Positions 38,683 to 49,180 of a stretch of DNA of 64,000 bases are shown here, piece by piece. The notes under the pieces were generated by a model. The model worked only from the letters and a program-made list of their open reading frames with translations. It made no database searches and had not been told where the DNA came from. The stretch comes from Candidatus Saccharimonadota bacterium. GTDB lineage: Bacteria > Patescibacteriota > Saccharimonadia > Saccharimonadales > Saccharimonadaceae. Location of the stretch: positions 4,623 through 68,622 of the forward strand of contig JABCOH020000013.1 in assembly GCA_013333695.2 (NCBI GenBank), in the 5' to 3' direction. The translations under genes were made by a program, and so were the position numbers. The first letter of the stretch is position 1. Every line of letters begins with the position of its first letter.

Positions 38683-40800
38683 ATGTCAGACATTGATTTT
38701 GACGAACTTGATCGGGCGGTGACGTCACTGATGCAAAAGCGGGCAGAGAAAGAAGCGGCTCAGCAGGCGGCCGGTGTTGATACGGACGTGGCGACGTCGA
38801 CGGCACCCGCGGCTAGCCCTGTTGAAGATACAGTGAAGGCGTCGTCGCCTGAATCTGTTCAATCTAGCGCCCCCGCTTCTCAGCCTGAGCCAGTAGCGAC
38901 ACCTCCGGTCACGTTGCCAAGCCCTCAACCCCAGCCAGTTGCGCCGCAGCCTACGGTGTCATTGTCGACGCCACCGAGCGCGTCAGCGGCTGCCGCGCCG
39001 CCGCCGATTGAGAAGCCGGAACCGACGTCGATGCAGCCGTCGCTGTCTTCGTCGGTAACACCAGTGGCCCCTGCTTCGTCAATCCTACCGTCGCCTGCCA
39101 CCACGCCATCAACGCCGATTCCGCCATTGACCATCAAGCCGCTAGCGCCTTCGTCACCGACCACTGCACCAGCATCGGCGCCAGCGCCGCTGTCGACGCC
39201 CGTGTCTGCGTCTACATCTCCAACGCCAGCCATAGCAACCGTACCCGTATCCGAGCCAACGAGTACCGATACAAGCAAGCCACCAGCCCCGGCCAAGACA
39301 ACGCAATCATCAGTCTCGTCGGACACTCCAAGTGCGCCGCCAGCGGCTGCAGCAACACCAGTACCGACTGCTGTCCCGATTTCTATTACAAAGCCAGAGC
39401 CAAAGTCTGTCTCGAAGCTGACGCTCGAGCCGATACCGTCGTTCAAGACAACCTCGTCGCCTGTCTCACCATCGCCTGCCTCGACACCAGCACCGTCGAC
39501 CCAGTCAACAACCCTGGAGTCTAGTCATGACGAGTCACAGGGTGAGCCGCCGACCTCACCACAGAAATCATCTACCGGGGAGACGACTTCACCGTCGACG
39601 GCGGAGGCCAACGGCTTTCCACACGCTGCCTCAGATACTAAACCGGCTGTGGTATTTCCAGATATCAAAACACCAGATAAAAAGGCGGACGACCAACCCG
39701 CCTCAGACGCGCCGCAGGATAAAGTGGCCGATACGTCAGCAGTAAAACCAACTGACGATTCCTCGGATACAGAACGCGGTAACGAGTCAACTGTCGCTCC
39801 CTCACCAGCTATTTCGCGTCGACCGTCTGGTCGCTTTATGGATGTTGTGCATCCGTCATCTGTCATGCGCGGGCATAGCGTTTCTCAGCCGCGCACTGGC
39901 GTAACGCTGCAGCCGACTGGTTCGTATCTCTCCAGTCGGACTGGTAATGACGGCCAGCAGGGTGTTAACATGGCTGAAACTACTGAGGACGTGTCAAGTG
40001 ATATGATGGCAGATGATAGCACCGCTCACTCATCGGTAGCTGATCGCGAGATCAAGCGTCGACCACCACGCCTCGTTCTGCAGCCCGATCCATCGCATGT
40101 GGCCGAAGGTCTGACGTCAGACAATGTGTCGCTCAATACCAAGGACGTGCCTGATTATGAATCAATGGCCAGTGAAGCCGAAGCTAGTACTGACAGCGCC
40201 TTTATCGAGGAAGGCCTACTGGCAGAGGACGCTCCGGCTAAAGCAGCCGATAGTGAAGGGCTGACCATGGATGAGTTGACGGCCGATGATGATCATCTGG
40301 TGACGGATGCGGCGACTGGAGACGAGGTAGCAGAACATCGTGATGAGGCGGCTGATACTGACATTACTGCTGATCGTACGAGCCTTGAAGCAACCATTGA
40401 TGAAATTGAAGCCAGCGAGGTCAGTGAGCAACTCGACGCAGATGCTACATCGGTAGGCGCTTCGTCCAAGCAGCCCGCCGCTGATACATCGGAGCTAGAC
40501 AGTGAGCTGATGGCGATCGAGTCGATGGATGAGAGTGGCGCTGAGATAGCTGGTGATGAGACGCCACGTCGACCGCACACTCCGGGCGATATTCCTCAGC
40601 AATACACCGCCGGTGACGAGATCGCACCAGATCCAGAGCCAATGTTTGATGCGGCAGCCAGCCAGCCAGCCAGCGGGGAAGCACTCCAGCCTGATAAGAA
40701 AAAATCCGGCATCGGGACGATTTTATTGATCATTCTCTTTGCCCTTATCGGCGTTGGCGGCGGTGCGGCGGCGTACTTTTTCCTGCTATACTATAAATAA
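38683..40800 (+). CDS. Large low-complexity (P/S/T/A then acidic) protein with C-terminal TM anchor
   Basis: 705-aa ORF; short N-terminal helix DFDELDRAV, internal GRFMDVVHP, C-terminal KKK+TM. Confidence 0.8.
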   Translation: MSDIDFDELDRAVTSLMQKRAEKEAAQQAAGVDTDVATSTAPAASPVEDTVKASSPESVQSSAPASQPEPVATPPVTLPSPQPQPVAPQPTVSLSTPPSASAAAAPPPIEKPEPTSMQPSLSSSVTPVAPASSILPSPATTPSTPIPPLTIKPLAPSSPTTAPASAPAPLSTPVSASTSPTPAIATVPVSEPTSTDTSKPPAPAKTTQSSVSSDTPSAPPAAAATPVPTAVPISITKPEPKSVSKLTLEPIPSFKTTSSPVSPSPASTPAPSTQSTTLESSHDESQGEPPTSPQKSSTGETTSPSTAEANGFPHAASDTKPAVVFPDIKTPDKKADDQPASDAPQDKVADTSAVKPTDDSSDTERGNESTVAPSPAISRRPSGRFMDVVHPSSVMRGHSVSQPRTGVTLQPTGSYLSSRTGNDGQQGVNMAETTEDVSSDMMADDSTAHSSVADREIKRRPPRLVLQPDPSHVAEGLTSDNVSLNTKDVPDYESMASEAEASTDSAFIEEGLLAEDAPAKAADSEGLTMDELTADDDHLVTDAATGDEVAEHRDEAADTDITADRTSLEATIDEIEASEVSEQLDADATSVGASSKQPAADTSELDSELMAIESMDESGAEIAGDETPRRPHTPGDIPQQYTAGDEIAPDPEPMFDAAASQPASGEALQPDKKKSGIGTILLIILFALIGVGGGAAAYFFLLYYK

Positions 40801-42896
40801 TGGACATCCTATCTGAGCTCAATCCTGAACAGCGGCGAGCCGTCCAGCATGATGGCGGGCCGCTGCTTATTTTGGCGGGAGCGGGGAGCGGTAAGACAAA
40901 AACCTTAACACATCGCATCGCCTATCTGATCAGCCAGCGAGGGATTTTTCCCAGCCGCATCTTGGCGGTAACCTTCACCAACAAGGCTGCTCGAGAGATG
41001 CGCCAGCGCTTGGCTGATATGCTGGGCGAAGACGCCTCGGATCGACGGTTTATGCCATGGATGGGGACATTTCATAGTATTTGTGTGCGACTACTACGGA
41101 TGGACGGAGCGTCGATTGGCCTCGGTCGTAATTTTATTATTTATGATGAAGATGATCGGCTGGGTCTGATCAAGCAGCTGATGAAATCGCGTGGGCTGAC
41201 TGATCGCGACATCAAGCCGCGCCGCATTGCTGCGGGTATTTCTGCGGCAAAAAATGACATGCTTTCACCCGATGAGTATATGATGCAGGCGGTCGGCCCC
41301 GTCAAACAGCAAATGGCCGAATTGTTTGCCGCATACGAGGCCGCTATGTACCGGGCCGGGGCGCTCGATTTTGATGATTTATTGCTTAAGGCGGTGGAGC
41401 TACTGCGCTCCTCGCCTGATATCCGTCATAAATGGCAGCAGCAATTTCGCCACATTCTCATCGACGAGTATCAAGACACCAACGCGGTGCAGTACGCGCT
41501 GATCAAGCTGCTAGTCGGTCCAGAGCGCAACCTCTGTGTGGTCGGTGATGATGCGCAATCAATTTATAGTTTTCGCGGCGCGGATTATACCAATATTCTT
41601 CATTTTGAGCGTGACTTTCCGGGTGCGGCAGTGATTAAACTAGAGCAAAATTATCGTTCAACGGGCGCGATTTTAACGGTGGCAAGTAACTTAATCCAAC
41701 ATAACACCCAGCGCACCGACAAAAACCTCTGGACAGAAGCGGTTGGCGGGATAGCACCACAGTTGTGGCAGTTATACAGCGAGGCTGAGGAGGCGCAAGC
41801 AGTGGCTGACGAAATTCATCGCCAGGCCAGGATGGGCCGAGCCTATAGCGACATAGCGGTACTGTACCGCACCAATGCCCAGAGCTACGCCATAGAGCGC
41901 GCACTGCGTCAACGGCACATCCCCTACAAAATTGTGGGCGGTCTGCGGTTTCTGGATCGAGCAGTCGTCAAGGATGTGCTGGCTTATCTCAGGTTGTTGT
42001 ATCAACCTAGTGACCGTGTTAGCTTTGCGCGGATTGTCAATCTGCCGAAGCGTGGTATTGGTGCGGTGACCGTAGCGAAATTTCTCGACTGGGCCGATCA
42101 ATCGGGTCGGAATATTATTGAAGGGCTGGTGGTGGTTGATGAGGCCGAAAGTTTGACTGCTCGCGCCAAGCAGTCACTGCGGGCGTTCGGTCAATTGATG
42201 CAAAAATTACAACAATTACTGAATAGCGCACCGGTCGAGGTCATTGAACAGATCATTGAACAGACCGGCTACGGCGAGGCGGTAAATGATGGTAGTGCGC
42301 AGGCTGAAGAGCGGCTGGAGAACCTCGGCGTTTTGGTGGCCGAGGCGCGCGCCTATGCTGACGTGTCGACATTTCTCGAAGATATGGCGTTGATGTCATC
42401 AAGCGATGATCAAGCGGATCAGCAGGTCACCTTGATGACGCTGCACGCTGCGAAGGGCCTGGAGTTTCCGGTGGTGTTTATGACTGGCTTGGAGGAAGGA
42501 ATCTTGCCGCACGCACGGGTATTTGATAGCGGCAAGGCGGACGACATTGAGGAGGAGCGTCGCCTTTGTTACGTGGGGATTACGCGGGCTCGAGAGGCGC
42601 TGTTTGTGACCTGTGCTAGTTCACGGACGCAGTTTGGTCAAATTGGCTATAATTTGCCGTCGCGCTTTCTCGATGAGATGGGGCTGATGAGCGGCGGCCT
42701 GGATGCGCCTGCCACGCCGCCAGCTGATGAAGTGTTTTATGATGACATAGGTCTAGAGGTTGGTGATCGGGTGCGAAGCCCACAATTTGGTGCGGGTGAG
42801 TTGGTGGACGTTGACGGGATGGCGGTGACGGTGCAATTTGCTGATGGTAATACGAAAAAGCTTAATGTAGAATTCGCCAGATTAGAGAAAATTTGA
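40800..42896 (+). CDS. pcrA: ATP-dependent DNA helicase PcrA/UvrD
   Basis: AGAGSGKT, DEYQD, VGDDAQSIYSFRGA, LEQNYRS, TLHAAKGLEF, EERRLCYVGITRA, C-terminal Tudor-like domain. Confidence 0.96.
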   Translation: MDILSELNPEQRRAVQHDGGPLLILAGAGSGKTKTLTHRIAYLISQRGIFPSRILAVTFTNKAAREMRQRLADMLGEDASDRRFMPWMGTFHSICVRLLRMDGASIGLGRNFIIYDEDDRLGLIKQLMKSRGLTDRDIKPRRIAAGISAAKNDMLSPDEYMMQAVGPVKQQMAELFAAYEAAMYRAGALDFDDLLLKAVELLRSSPDIRHKWQQQFRHILIDEYQDTNAVQYALIKLLVGPERNLCVVGDDAQSIYSFRGADYTNILHFERDFPGAAVIKLEQNYRSTGAILTVASNLIQHNTQRTDKNLWTEAVGGIAPQLWQLYSEAEEAQAVADEIHRQARMGRAYSDIAVLYRTNAQSYAIERALRQRHIPYKIVGGLRFLDRAVVKDVLAYLRLLYQPSDRVSFARIVNLPKRGIGAVTVAKFLDWADQSGRNIIEGLVVVDEAESLTARAKQSLRAFGQLMQKLQQLLNSAPVEVIEQIIEQTGYGEAVNDGSAQAEERLENLGVLVAEARAYADVSTFLEDMALMSSSDDQADQQVTLMTLHAAKGLEFPVVFMTGLEEGILPHARVFDSGKADDIEEERRLCYVGITRAREALFVTCASSRTQFGQIGYNLPSRFLDEMGLMSGGLDAPATPPADEVFYDDIGLEVGDRVRSPQFGAGELVDVDGMAVTVQFADGNTKKLNVEFARLEKI

Positions 42897-42914
42897 TATA
42901 ATACATAGCAGTTT

Positions 42915-44138
42915 GTGGCACTGCCCACGAGCGAGATTATGGAAAAGAGTTTATCTATTCGCTACCACTCAAAGAAGATTTTTCTATTGATCGGGTTATT
43001 CGTGCTTGGAGTGACATTGATCCAGCTGGCGGATGCTGCACTGGCGCAGGGTACCGAGCGTCCATCACGGAGCGACGGCCAGCGTCTGATGAGCGTCTAT
43101 GATAAGGGAGTCGAGAAAACAATTATCACTCGGGCAAAAACGGTGCGCGAGGCGCTGAAAGCGGCGCGGATTGAGGTTGACGAGCGGCGAGATGTAGTGG
43201 AGCCAGCACTTGATGAAGAGCTGGTCGTTAGTTCATATAACGTTAATATTTTTCGGGCGCGGCCGGTAACGGTAGTCGATGGCCGGGCGCGTATTCGGCT
43301 GACCACGGCGGAGCAAACCCCGGCGGCGATTGCCAAAGCGGCGGGAATTAAGCTTTATAGCGAGGATATTGTCGATATCCATGCCGCCGAAAACGTGGTT
43401 GCCAGTGGCACGAATGCAGTCTTGACCATCAAGCGGGCCACGCCGCTACAGCTCAATCTCTACGGGTCACTGGCTGAAGTACGCACCCACGCGAAAACCG
43501 TCGGCGCGCTACTCAAGGAAAAGCGTGTCCAGCTGGCCAGTAACGATACCGTATCAATGCCGCTCGAGGCGCCAATTACCAGTGGTATGCGGCTGGATGT
43601 TTGGCGCAACGGTAAACAGACAATTACCACTGATGAAGATGTCGCTTTTCCGGTTGAAACAGTGCGGGATGCCAATCGCGAGACGGGCCACAAGGAGGTG
43701 AAAGAGGCGGGCGAAAAGGGCCGGCGGACGGTGACCTATGAGATTGAGGTGCAAAATGGTAAGGAAGTGAGCCGTCGGGAGCTTGCTAGCCAGGTAACAA
43801 AACAGCCTAAAAAACAAATTGAAATTATCGGCACAAAAAATGCCGCTATGCCATATACTGGTGGCGGCAATAAAGATCAGTGGCTATCTTCGTCAAACGT
43901 CCCGCGTGACCAATGGGGTTATGCCGAGTGGCTGGTGCAGAAAGAAAGCGGCTGGAATCCAAATGCTCGCAGCCGGAGTGGCGCCTGTGGTCTCGCACAG
44001 GCGTTGCCGTGTAGTAAAGTGCCAGGAAATCCGCTTAACCCAGTCGATTCGCTGAATTGGATGCATGGCTACGTGATGAGACGATATGGCTCGTGGGAAA
44101 AAGCGGTGGCGCACAGCAAGGCCAGAGGGTGGTACTAG
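42915..44138 (+). CDS. YabE/RpfB-like cell wall enzyme: DUF348 repeats + G5 + lysozyme-like transglycosylase domain
   Basis: TM/signal, repeated TVREAL/TVGALL units, G5 domain, KESGWNPNA..SGACGLAQ. Confidence 0.85.
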   Translation: MALPTSEIMEKSLSIRYHSKKIFLLIGLFVLGVTLIQLADAALAQGTERPSRSDGQRLMSVYDKGVEKTIITRAKTVREALKAARIEVDERRDVVEPALDEELVVSSYNVNIFRARPVTVVDGRARIRLTTAEQTPAAIAKAAGIKLYSEDIVDIHAAENVVASGTNAVLTIKRATPLQLNLYGSLAEVRTHAKTVGALLKEKRVQLASNDTVSMPLEAPITSGMRLDVWRNGKQTITTDEDVAFPVETVRDANRETGHKEVKEAGEKGRRTVTYEIEVQNGKEVSRRELASQVTKQPKKQIEIIGTKNAAMPYTGGGNKDQWLSSSNVPRDQWGYAEWLVQKESGWNPNARSRSGACGLAQALPCSKVPGNPLNPVDSLNWMHGYVMRRYGSWEKAVAHSKARGWY

Positions 44139-44192
44139 TAATTATTAGATAAATGTGGTATAATACGTCCGTTAATTAGGTACTAGAGCAGA

Positions 44193-45254
44193 ATGATGAA
44201 CTGGTGGAAATGGCAAATGGAGAAAGGCTGGCGGCCAGTTGTTCTATTGGGCTGCTTCATGGCTTTCGTGGCCGGTGCGGTTGGCCTGCTGCTATCTCAA
44301 CCTGCCCAAGCACAAGATAATCACGCCCAGTCGTCAGCGGAGCGGCTGGTGACGATTCGCGACCGCGGCCGCGAGCAGACGATCATGACCCGAGCACGCA
44401 CTGTACGCCAGGCGTTACAGCTGGCGCGGGTAACGGTTGATGAGCGGCGTGACGTTGTTAAGCCAGACATTGATATGGAGCTGACAGGAACAACATTTAC
44501 GGTGACAATTTTTCGGGCTCGGCCGGTAACGGTCATTGATGGTTCGCGGCGCTCACATATTACCACGGCGGAGCAGACGCCGCAGCGAATCGCCAAAGCG
44601 GCGGGGATCACGCTATATGTCGAGGATAAGGTTGAATTTATGACGAGCGATAATATGCTGCTGGATGGGACAAACGTGCTGATGAATATTACCCGTGCGC
44701 CACTGCGAACCGTGACCGAGGAGGTTGACATTGACTTTCCTGTGGAGCAGATCAAGGATGCGAATCAGCCGATTGGTTTTAAGGAGATCAAGCAGCTGGG
44801 CGAAAAGGGTATTCGTACCGTGACTTACCAGGCCCAGGCCGAGCGCGGTGTTGAGATCAGTCGTAAAGAAATAGATAGTCGCATCAGCAAACAACCTAAA
44901 AAGCAAATCGAAGTGATCGGCACCAAGCCTAAAAATCCGTTAACCAAAGGCAAGGGTGCGCAAATATTTACCGACTCCAAGGGTGTGGCGCACCGCGAGA
45001 CTTATTATGATTTACCGATGAATATTGTTGCTAACGCTTGCGGCGGCGGTGGCTACACGGTGCGGGCGGACGGCGCCAAGGTGGACAAGGACGGCTATAT
45101 TTTAGTAGCGGCAAATTATGGTAATTATCCGCGCTGCTCAGTAGTAGAAACCAGCATGGGTCCTGGTAAAGTGTATGATACCGGCGGTTTTGCGGCTCGG
45201 CATCCGCATGGGTTTGATCTGGCGACTGACTGGACTAACGGGGACGGGCGTTAG
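44193..45254 (+). CDS. YabE-like paralogue: DUF348 + G5 + putative 3D/DPBB-like C-terminal domain
   Basis: N-terminal half paralogous to the upstream gene; ETYY...ILVAA...VYDTGG...FDL. Confidence 0.75.
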   Translation: MMNWWKWQMEKGWRPVVLLGCFMAFVAGAVGLLLSQPAQAQDNHAQSSAERLVTIRDRGREQTIMTRARTVRQALQLARVTVDERRDVVKPDIDMELTGTTFTVTIFRARPVTVIDGSRRSHITTAEQTPQRIAKAAGITLYVEDKVEFMTSDNMLLDGTNVLMNITRAPLRTVTEEVDIDFPVEQIKDANQPIGFKEIKQLGEKGIRTVTYQAQAERGVEISRKEIDSRISKQPKKQIEVIGTKPKNPLTKGKGAQIFTDSKGVAHRETYYDLPMNIVANACGGGGYTVRADGAKVDKDGYILVAANYGNYPRCSVVETSMGPGKVYDTGGFAARHPHGFDLATDWTNGDGR

Positions 45255-46043
45255 ATGGCGTCAACTCGCGGGCCGAAAAAAGAATTAGGCCAGCATTGGC
45301 TGCGCGACCCAGAAATCTTGGCGGAGATTGCCGAGGCAGCGGAACTGAGTAAAGATGATGTGGTTTTGGAAATTGGTCCGGGACTTGGCACATTGACCAG
45401 CCGGTTGTTGGCGCGAGCTCAGCGCGTAGTGGCGGTCGAGTTTGATGGGGATTTGGCGCGCAAGTTACCGGGGCAATTTCCTGGCAAAAATCTGGAAGTG
45501 ATTAACGAAGATATTTTGCAATTTGATTTGAATCAATTACCAACTGGCTATAAAGTAGTCGCCAATGTGCCGTACTATATTACTAGCAAAATTGTCGAGA
45601 AGTTGATGACGGCGGAAAATAAACCGAACTTGGCGGTGCTGTTGGTACAGAAAGAGGTTGCCCAGCGTATCGCGGCCGAGCCTGGCGAAATGAGTATTTT
45701 AGCGGTTAGCGCGCAGCTATTTGCTGAGGCAGAACTCGATATTGAAGTACCGCGGCAATTTTTCACGCCGCCGCCAAAAGTTGATTCGCAGGTGGTGGTG
45801 CTAAGAATCCGTACTGAACCATTGGTCGCCGCTGAAAATCAAAAAGATTTTTTCCGTGTCGTCAAAGCTGGTTTTTCAGCTAAGCGTAAAAAATTGCGTT
45901 CCAGCTTGAGCGGCGGACTGGGCGTCAGTAAAGCTAGCGCCGAACAGTTGCTGAAAAAGGCTAACATTTCGCCTGATGTTCGTGCTGAGGATTTGGCGAT
46001 TGACGATTGGCAGCGGCTGCTCAAAGAATGGCGGGCGCGATGA
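45255..46043 (+). CDS. rsmA: 16S rRNA m6,2A dimethyltransferase
   Basis: LGQH, LEIGPGLG, ANVPYYIT, QKEVA, PPPKVDS, RAEDL. Confidence 0.97.
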   Translation: MASTRGPKKELGQHWLRDPEILAEIAEAAELSKDDVVLEIGPGLGTLTSRLLARAQRVVAVEFDGDLARKLPGQFPGKNLEVINEDILQFDLNQLPTGYKVVANVPYYITSKIVEKLMTAENKPNLAVLLVQKEVAQRIAAEPGEMSILAVSAQLFAEAELDIEVPRQFFTPPPKVDSQVVVLRIRTEPLVAAENQKDFFRVVKAGFSAKRKKLRSSLSGGLGVSKASAEQLLKKANISPDVRAEDLAIDDWQRLLKEWRAR

Positions 46044-46777
46044 TTGCGGCAGATCAGCCGACATGTTTTGACGATAGTCTGCTTGTGGCAATGTCGTCAC
46101 GATCAGATGGGACCATGCTCGATCGTTCAGCTAGCAGGCACGCCCCACAAGTAGTTGCTAATCGGCGAAAGTTTTGCCAGCAACTAGCCGTGCCATATGA
46201 AGATGTGGTGTTCATGAGCGTGCTTTACCTGACGGGTCGGCGCTATGATTGTATCGTTGAAGTAGATGCGGCAGCTACGGCGCGGCATACCCCGGATGTA
46301 GTAGCGGATGCACTAGTCACGCGCACACCGGGCGTGGCGCTAATGCTGACCGAAGCTGACTGTGTCGCTGTAGTGATGTATGATGTGATCAAGGGACTAT
46401 TGGCGTTACTTCATTTGGGGCGGCATTCGACGGTGGCAAATTTGATGCAGCGGATGGTCGAAAAATTTATCCACGAAGGATCAAAACCCGAAGATATTAT
46501 CGTGTGGATGAGTCCGAGTGCACAACAATCAACCTATGTAATGAAATACTTTGATCAGGCAACTGATCCGGTGTGGCAGCCATTTTATGAAAAACACCAC
46601 GACGGCTACTATTTAGATATGCAGGGGTACAACGCTTCTATTTGCCAAAGAGCAGGCATATCGCCGAGCAATATTCATATCTCACCAATTAACACCATGA
46701 CCGATCCGCATTATTTTTCGCATGCTCAAGGCGACACAACGGGCCGGACTGCAGTGGTAGCAATGATGCGCGGGTGA
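46040..46777 (+). CDS. YfiH/PgeF (laccase-domain, purine nucleoside enzyme) family protein
   Basis: ADALVT, ADC, LHLGR, YFSH..GR; ATG 46040 overlaps rsmA stop. Confidence 0.8.
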   Translation: MIAADQPTCFDDSLLVAMSSRSDGTMLDRSASRHAPQVVANRRKFCQQLAVPYEDVVFMSVLYLTGRRYDCIVEVDAAATARHTPDVVADALVTRTPGVALMLTEADCVAVVMYDVIKGLLALLHLGRHSTVANLMQRMVEKFIHEGSKPEDIIVWMSPSAQQSTYVMKYFDQATDPVWQPFYEKHHDGYYLDMQGYNASICQRAGISPSNIHISPINTMTDPHYFSHAQGDTTGRTAVVAMMRG

Positions 46778-46834
46778 GCCCTCGGCGAACGCATATCGGT
46801 GAAAATTATTCCAGATAATGATACAATGAGTAGC

Positions 46835-48346
46835 ATGACTAAACAACACGCCTATATCACTACTGCTATTCCTTATGTCAACGGTTTGCCGCACATTGGG
46901 CACGCCATGGACTACATGTTGGCGGACGTGTGGACGCGCTATCAACGGCAAAACGGCCGCGAGGTGCGTTTCCAGACGGGCGTGGATGAGCATGGCAATA
47001 AAATTGCCGCCAAGGCTGCCAGCCAAAATCAGACACCGCAAGCCTACGTCGATCAAATGCATGGCAATTTCCAGAACATGATTGCCGAGTTGAATATTTC
47101 GGCGACGGATTTTATCCGCACGACTGACCCGCATCATGTTAGTGCGGTGCAGTACATTTGGCAGAAGCTGGCTGCGGCTGGCTATATCTACAAAGGCACC
47201 TACGAGGGTTGGTATTGCCAGGGTTGCGAGGCATTCGTCACTGACAAAGAAGCGGCTGAAAATAATGGTATTTGTCCTGACCATCAGTCGCCATACCAAC
47301 GGTTGAGCGAAGAAAATTATTATTTTAAGACCAGTGCTTTTTCGGAGAACATTCGCCAGGCTATTGAATCAAACAAGATGAAAATTGTGCCAGAATTCCG
47401 TAAAAAAGAGTTTTTGGAATTGATGAAAGATGGCTTGAAAGACGTGTCAATTTCGCGTCCACGCAAGAACCTCAGCTGGGGCGTGCCGGTGCCAGGCGAT
47501 GATACGCAGATGATGTATGTCTGGTTGGATGCGCTGAGTAATTACATCACAGTCATTGGTTATCCTGATCGTCCAGAGGAATGGCAGGCGTTTTGGCCAG
47601 CAAATGTACAGGTGATCGGTAAGGATATCCTTCGTTTTCACGCCGGGATTTGGCCGGCGATGTTAATGGCGCTGGACTTGCCACTGCCAAAGGTGCTATT
47701 AGTTCATGGCTTTATCAACGTTGGCGGCACCAAAATGAGCAAGAGTCTCGGTAATGGTGTTGGTCCGGTTGATATCATCCCGCACTATGGTGTTGAGGCT
47801 TTCCGCTATTATTTCCTGCGCCACGTGCCAACTCAGGACGATGGCGACTTTACTTGGGAGAAGTTTGAAGCGGCTTATAACGGTGAGCTGGGTAATGATC
47901 TGGGTAATCTGGTGCAGCGGGTGGCAAAGATGGTGCAGAGTTATCAAGCCGGCGTTATTGGCGATGCGCCGCAGTCTAAGCACGATATGGGGCCGTACCG
48001 TGCCGATATGGAGTCTTTGAATTTCAATCTAGCGATTGATGAAATTTGGCAGATTATCCGTTCATTGAATCAGTATATTGAGCGCGTGCAACCATGGCAA
48101 GTTGCTAAAAAACGCGATAAAGACCCAGAGGCGGAAGCGCATTTGGGCGAGATTTTGGCGCATGCCTGCGGCACATTGCTGCAAGTGTCTGACATGCTAC
48201 GACCATTCATGCCGCAAACTGCCGAGAAAATTCACGACATGTTTGCCAGTGGCGTCGTGCCGTCAGAGCTGACTCCATTATTCCCGCGCAAATATCTACA
48301 TACGCCCGATCCGCGCGCGCCAAAAGCAGAAGCCCAGGGCAAATAA
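46835..48346 (+). CDS. metG: Methionine--tRNA ligase
   Basis: YITTAIPYVNGLPHIGH, DEHG, YVWLDAL, IGKDI, KMSKS; ATG 46835 lies 7 nt after TGATACAAT. Confidence 0.98.
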   Translation: MTKQHAYITTAIPYVNGLPHIGHAMDYMLADVWTRYQRQNGREVRFQTGVDEHGNKIAAKAASQNQTPQAYVDQMHGNFQNMIAELNISATDFIRTTDPHHVSAVQYIWQKLAAAGYIYKGTYEGWYCQGCEAFVTDKEAAENNGICPDHQSPYQRLSEENYYFKTSAFSENIRQAIESNKMKIVPEFRKKEFLELMKDGLKDVSISRPRKNLSWGVPVPGDDTQMMYVWLDALSNYITVIGYPDRPEEWQAFWPANVQVIGKDILRFHAGIWPAMLMALDLPLPKVLLVHGFINVGGTKMSKSLGNGVGPVDIIPHYGVEAFRYYFLRHVPTQDDGDFTWEKFEAAYNGELGNDLGNLVQRVAKMVQSYQAGVIGDAPQSKHDMGPYRADMESLNFNLAIDEIWQIIRSLNQYIERVQPWQVAKKRDKDPEAEAHLGEILAHACGTLLQVSDMLRPFMPQTAEKIHDMFASGVVPSELTPLFPRKYLHTPDPRAPKAEAQGK

Positions 48347-48348
48347 TA

Positions 48349-49167
48349 ATGAGTCTGACGGCGGAGAATAGTATGGCGGCAGACTTACGCTTGATTGATT
48401 CGCACTGTCATCTGCATGATACCGAGTTTTTCGCGGACAATCGCGAGGAATTATACCAGCAGTCAATTGCAGCGGGTATCGGCATGATTTGCGTTGGCAC
48501 TGACGAGCGCAGCAGCCGACAAGCAGTGGAGTTTGCCGCGAATCGCGACTATACTTGGGCGGCAGTTGGCGTTCATCCGCATGACAGCAAAGATGGCTGG
48601 GGCGAGGTGGAGCGACTACTGAAAGCCAGGACAGAGGATTCACCAATTGTGGCGATTGGCGAGATTGGGCTTGATTATTATTACAATCACAGCCCGCGCG
48701 ATGTGCAGATTCAGGCACTGGAGGCGCAGCTGCAGTTAGCGGTGGATTATAATCTGCCGGTTAGTTTTCATGTGCGTGATGGTGCGCCTGACCAGCCGTC
48801 GGTATGGGATGATTTTTGGCCGATTTTTGATAATTTTCATGGCCTGCGCGGTGTGCTGCATAGTTTTACCGACACGCGCCTCAATTTAGAGAAGGGGTTT
48901 GCTCGCGGATTGTACGTTGGTTTGAATGGAATTAGCACGTTCACCAAAGACCAAGCGCAGCAGGAATTATTCGCCTCGATTCCGTTGGAACGATTATTAT
49001 TAGAGACCGACGCGCCATTCTTGACACCGAAGCCATTTCGTGGTAAGCTGAATAAGCCAGAATATGTGGAGTTGGTGGCAAAGTATTGGGCGGCGGAGCG
49101 CAAGCTAGTGCTTCACGACCTCGAAAAAGTAGCGACCGATAACACGGTAAAACTTTTTGGCTTGTAA
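48349..49167 (+). CDS. tatD: TatD family hydrolase
   Basis: DSHCH, GVHPH, IGEIGLD, LHSF, LLETDAP. Confidence 0.95.
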   Translation: MSLTAENSMAADLRLIDSHCHLHDTEFFADNREELYQQSIAAGIGMICVGTDERSSRQAVEFAANRDYTWAAVGVHPHDSKDGWGEVERLLKARTEDSPIVAIGEIGLDYYYNHSPRDVQIQALEAQLQLAVDYNLPVSFHVRDGAPDQPSVWDDFWPIFDNFHGLRGVLHSFTDTRLNLEKGFARGLYVGLNGISTFTKDQAQQELFASIPLERLLLETDAPFLTPKPFRGKLNKPEYVELVAKYWAAERKLVLHDLEKVATDNTVKLFGL

Positions 49168-49180
49168 TAGTGGAGAGATA

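Noticed and set aside
38760..39600. CRISPR or tandem DNA repeat in the low-complexity region
   Set aside because: Repetitiveness is at the amino-acid composition level; no regularly spaced identical repeats seen here or elsewhere in the window.
42241..42264. 12-bp tandem repeat TCATTGAACAGA x2 in pcrA
   Set aside because: Two copies only, in frame (IEQIIEQ); no sign of a contingency locus.
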